38,095 bases of DNA, taken from assembly GCA_964448655.1 (NCBI GenBank), contig CAYUXD010000002.1, positions 1-38,095 of the forward strand. Reading direction: 5' to 3'. The notes beneath the pieces are model-generated. The model was not told the origin of the DNA. It worked only from the letters and a program-made list of their open reading frames with translations, and made no database searches. Made by a program: the position numbers and the translations under genes. This DNA comes from an uncultured Eubacteriales bacterium. GTDB lineage: Bacteria; Acidobacteriota; Aminicenantia; Aminicenantales; Aminicenantaceae. This document shows positions 35,148 through 38,095 of this stretch, one piece after another (positions within the stretch are counted from its first letter, which is position 1; each line of letters begins with the position of its first letter).

Positions 35148-36503
35148 TTAGGATTTAAAAGATTGAAACTCCATATCAGCAAACCGAGCATATTCTCTAA
35201 TAAAGGCAAGGCTTATTCTTCCTATGGGGCCATTCCTTTGCTTGGCGACATTGACATCAGCTATCCCTCGGATACTCTCATCATTAGGATGATATAATTC
35301 GGGGCGGTAAATGAAGATAACAACATCAGCATCCTGCTCGATGGCGCCCGACTCCCGCAAGTCGGAGAGTTGAGGAATTGGCTCGCGCCGCCCTCTCTCA
35401 GGAGCACGGCTTAGCTGGGAAATCCCTACTACGGGAATTTTAATCTCCTTGGCCAGTTCTTTTAAAGAGCGCGAGATGTAAGACATCTCCTGAGTCCTAT
35501 TTTCAAACCTCCCCCCAGCCCGCATAAGCTGGATATAATCGATAAACAGCAAATCAAGATTCTGCTCCATCTTGAGCCTTCGTGCCTTGGCCTTCATTTC
35601 CATGACTGTCAAAGCAGCGGTCTCATCCACAAATATTTTAGCTTGAGAAAGAACTTCGCCACTCAGTTTGAGTTTCTCGAATTCTCTTTCTCCTATAAAA
35701 CCGGTCCTGACCTTCTTTAGATCTAACTGCGCCTCAGCACTGAGCAGCCTAATCATTACCTGTTCCTTGGCCATTTCGAGAGAAAAAAAGCCCACAGAAT
35801 AGTCTGTTTTTAGGCCTGCATATTGAGAGATATTCAAGCAAAGAGATGTTTTACCCATTGAAGGACGGCCGGCAATGACAATAAACTCAGAGTTGTGAAA
35901 ACCTGAAGTCAATCCATCTAAATCCCTGAATCCTGATGGTACTCCCGTTACCGTTTCTTTCCTATCATGGAGGGCTTTAATCATATCTAGCGCGGGCGGG
36001 GCTAGCATACTCACAGGGATAAAGCCCGGCTTTATCCTCTGCTCAGCCACTTCTATAATTGCAGTCTGGGCTTCATCCAAAAGCTGATCAGCATCATCTT
36101 TTTGTTCAAAACTTGAGGAAATGATCTTGGCAGAGGAGATGATTAGTTGTCTAAAAAGAGATTTTTCTTTGATTATTCGAGCATAAAATTCAATATTCAA
36201 ACTCTTAGGAACTCCATCCATCAAGGACGAAAGATAAGAAGCCCCACCAATCTCTTCCAGTGAACCTGCTCTTTGAAGCTCTTCACTCAATGTAACCACA
36301 TCAACTGGAAGGCCTTTATCCACCAAGAATATAACCTTGTCAATAATCTTCCGATTAGCTTCTTTATAAAAATCTTCTGGAGAGATAATGGAAAGCACTG
36401 GATTTAAATTTTCATTATTCAAAAGGATCCCTCCCAAAACAGTCTTCTCGGCTTCAATGCTGTGAGGGGGGGTCTTTTTCAAAAACATTAAGTCAAGTTC
36501 CAT
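35148..36503 (-). CDS. dnaB: replicative DNA helicase DnaB
   Basis: 451 aa. N-terminal PPHSIEAE..VLG, Walker A AGRPSMGKTS, and motifs IDYIQLM and SQLSR..E.R. Confidence 0.95.
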   Translation of the reverse strand: MELDLMFLKKTPPHSIEAEKTVLGGILLNNENLNPVLSIISPEDFYKEANRKIIDKVIFLVDKGLPVDVVTLSEELQRAGSLEEIGGASYLSSLMDGVPKSLNIEFYARIIKEKSLFRQLIISSAKIISSSFEQKDDADQLLDEAQTAIIEVAEQRIKPGFIPVSMLAPPALDMIKALHDRKETVTGVPSGFRDLDGLTSGFHNSEFIVIAGRPSMGKTSLCLNISQYAGLKTDYSVGFFSLEMAKEQVMIRLLSAEAQLDLKKVRTGFIGEREFEKLKLSGEVLSQAKIFVDETAALTVMEMKAKARRLKMEQNLDLLFIDYIQLMRAGGRFENRTQEMSYISRSLKELAKEIKIPVVGISQLSRAPERGRREPIPQLSDLRESGAIEQDADVVIFIYRPELYHPNDESIRGIADVNVAKQRNGPIGRISLAFIREYARFADMEFQSFKS

Positions 36504-36521
36504 TTTACTCTCCGTAAAAAT

Positions 36522-37295
36522 TTATTTTTTGGACTTCTTCCTTTCTCCTTCTTCCTCCTTCTTATCTTTCTGTCCTTCCTTTTCTTTCTTTTCTACTTCG
36601 GCCCCGGCTTTCTCCTCCTCCTCCGAAGGCATCCCCCCTCCTTCTTTTTCCTCCTCCAGCACCTCTTTTTCCTCTTTCTCTAGCATTTCAATCTCTGGCT
36701 TTATACTTTCTTCCTCAATCTCTTCCTTCTTCTCTTCTGGTACTTCTTCTTCCTTCTTCTGTTCTTCTTCTGGCTCCTCTCTCTCTTCCGCCGCTTCTTC
36801 CATCTTTTCTTCCGCAACCTCCTCTTCCTTCTTCTCTTCTCCTATCTCCCCTTCTGGCTTTATAACCTCTACTTTTATCTCTACCTTGTCCTCTTGGAAG
36901 ATTTTAATCGGCACGCTGTAGTTGCCCAATCTTTTTATAGGCTCCTCCAACAAGATCTTTTTTTTATCGATTTCAAATCCCAATTCATGAAGGGCATCCT
37001 TAATATCTGAAGAACTCACTGAACCAAAAATTATATCTTTTTCCCCTGCCTTTCTCTTAAAAGAAAGGGCAACTTGGTTGAGATTCTGGATAAGCCCTTC
37101 GAAAGACTGTCTTTCCTTCTCGAGCTTCTTTTTCAAAGCTTTCCTTTCTATCTCGATCATCTTCATGTTAGACGAAGTAACCTCTAGTGCTAATTGTTTG
37201 GGAATCAGATAATTTCTCCCAAATCCTGGAGCCACATCAACAATATTTCCTTTGCTCCCCAGGTTTTCTACATCTTTTTTCAGGATAACTCTCAT
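36522..37295 (-). CDS. rplI: 50S ribosomal protein L9 with ~105-aa Glu/Lys-rich C-terminal extension
   Basis: N-terminal MRVILKKDVENLGSKGNIVDVAPGFGRNYLIPK is classic L9. The canonical L9 ends near aa 150, and the remainder is an acidic low-complexity tail. Confidence 0.9.
   Translation of the reverse strand: MRVILKKDVENLGSKGNIVDVAPGFGRNYLIPKQLALEVTSSNMKMIEIERKALKKKLEKERQSFEGLIQNLNQVALSFKRKAGEKDIIFGSVSSSDIKDALHELGFEIDKKKILLEEPIKRLGNYSVPIKIFQEDKVEIKVEVIKPEGEIGEEKKEEEVAEEKMEEAAEEREEPEEEQKKEEEVPEEKKEEIEEESIKPEIEMLEKEEKEVLEEEKEGGGMPSEEEEKAGAEVEKKEKEGQKDKKEEEGERKKSKK
36727..36838. repeat. acidic-tail DNA module shared with rpsF (copy in rplI)
   Basis: By hand alignment, 36753-36817 against 37674-37738 gives 61/65 identical nt, with similarity flanking on both sides. 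Confidence 0.7.
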
Positions 37296-37322
37296 TTTTC
37301 CTCCAATTGCCTAGCTCCTATC

Positions 37323-37589
37323 TTATTCTTCTATGTAGGGAAGCAGAGCCAGCAAACGTGCTCTCTTTATTGCAGTGGATACCCTCCGCTGATGAAAAGC
37401 ACACGTGCCGGTCATTCGTCTGGGAGAAATCTTTCCTCTCTCAAGAATATACCTCTTCAAAATATCAACGTTTTTGTAATCAATGTCTCTCAGATTCCTC
37501 TGACAAAAACGACAGACCTTTCTTTTTGGGGGAAAATACCTCCGGAAAGTACCTCTATCGCCTCTATTACCTCTTTGTTCTCTGGCCAT
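37323..37589 (-). CDS. rpsR: 30S ribosomal protein S18
   Basis: 88 aa. Motifs CRFC.....IDYKNVD.L.RYI.ERGKI.PRR.TG.CA.HQR....AIKRAR..ALLPY. Confidence 0.9.
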   Translation of the reverse strand: MAREQRGNRGDRGTFRRYFPPKRKVCRFCQRNLRDIDYKNVDILKRYILERGKISPRRMTGTCAFHQRRVSTAIKRARLLALLPYIEE

Positions 37590-37591
37590 TT

Positions 37592-38095
37592 TTATTTATC
37601 CTCCTTGCTCGTTTCCACGGAGTCTAAATCTTCCTGATCTTCCTCTTTCTTCTCTTCTGGCTCTTCTCCTCCTTTCTTCTGTTCTTCTTCTGGCTCCTCT
37701 TTCTCTTCTGTCGCTTCTTCCATCTTTTCTTCCGGAACTACTTCTTCTTCCTTCTTCTCTTCTTCTATGTCCTCTTCCTTTGCAAGAGCTGCGATTTCCT
37801 TTTCCTCTTTCTTTTCAGATTCTTCTTTTTGAGGGACTACAATCTCTTCTTCCGTTGCAGGCGCTGCAGCTTCTTCTTCCGCTGGAATGCCTTTTCTTTT
37901 TTTGCGCACATTTTCTCTAGTCTCTTTTTTCACAGTCAGAAAACGCAAGATTGCCTCTGTTTGTTTGAAGCGCTTTTCAAGCTCAAAGGGAATATTCGAA
38001 TCCCCTTCATAATGAAAAAAAACATAGAATGCTTCTTCGAATTTTTTGATTGGATAAGCTAACTTACGCAATCCCCAACTGTCTGTATAAATAAT
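37592..38095 (-). CDS. rpsF: 30S ribosomal protein S6 (5' end beyond window) with long acidic C-terminal extension
   Basis: The frame stays open to the window edge: ...[18 protein letters not shown] matches the S6 core (W G .R.LAYPI.K). The track Met at 38071 is not the true start. The C-terminal ~110 aa are E/K-rich. Confidence 0.85.
   Translation of the reverse strand: MIYTDSWGLRKLAYPIKKFEEAFYVFFHYEGDSNIPFELEKRFKQTEAILRFLTVKKETRENVRKKRKGIPAEEEAAAPATEEEIVVPQKEESEKKEEKEIAALAKEEDIEEEKKEEEVVPEEKMEEATEEKEEPEEEQKKGGEEPEEKKEEDQEDLDSVETSKEDK
37647..37762. repeat. acidic-tail DNA module shared with rplI (copy in rpsF)
   Basis: Same alignment as above. Protein level: [31 protein letters not shown] in S6 versus [31 protein letters not shown] in L9. 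Confidence 0.7.

Noticed and set aside
36529-36921. 130-aa Ser/Phe-rich + strand ORF
   Set aside because: It is the antisense shadow of the GAA/GAG/AAG-rich acidic tail of rplI. It is low-complexity and has no start context.

Overview
This is a core-genome window, about 40% G+C by eye, from a diderm bacterium: it has Kdo/LPS genes, Mla/MCE genes and a long periplasmic-domain YidC. All product calls rest on hand-recognised motifs and synteny; no searches were run.

The left 18.5 kb is an almost gap-free + strand array: rpmH-rnpA-yidD-yidC-jag, then mnmE-mnmG-parA-parB-bactofilin-kdsB-pyrG-kdsA-kdsD-kdsC-manB-manC and an 842-aa kinase-like membrane ORF.

The right 19.5 kb is almost entirely - strand. 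Read in the direction of transcription it runs rpsF(partial)-rpsR-rplI-dnaB-mlaE-mlaF-MCE-radA-yacL-ispD-ispF, then rlmB-(sigma remnant)-anti-sigma-ORF221, then accA-hisS-aspS, then two M16 peptidases.

I found no rRNA, tRNA, CRISPR array, transposase, integrase or recognisable defence or toxin genes, so I cannot point to a clear multi-gene novel system.

The points worth a second look are:
1. A 59-nt A/C-only tract carrying an in-frame TAA inside mnmE. It reads like the native gene with G replaced by C and T replaced by A.
2. A roughly 390-bp element directly after ispF, bounded by inverted repeats, non-coding and about 60% G+C. It sits next to a small opposite-strand ORF cassette.
3. A palindromic MITE/REP-like element family with 22-bp termini. 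It has two copies, each oriented with the gene it follows and each followed by a T-run.
4. The GC-rich 842-aa ORF, which joins a degenerate ABC1/UbiB-like kinase fold to about 8 TM helices.
5. A near-identical acidic-tail module of about 90 nt shared by rplI and rpsF.
6. An ECF-type sigma factor reduced to about 75 codons upstream of an intact anti-sigma factor.
7. A bacterial-type AspRS lacking the GAD insertion.
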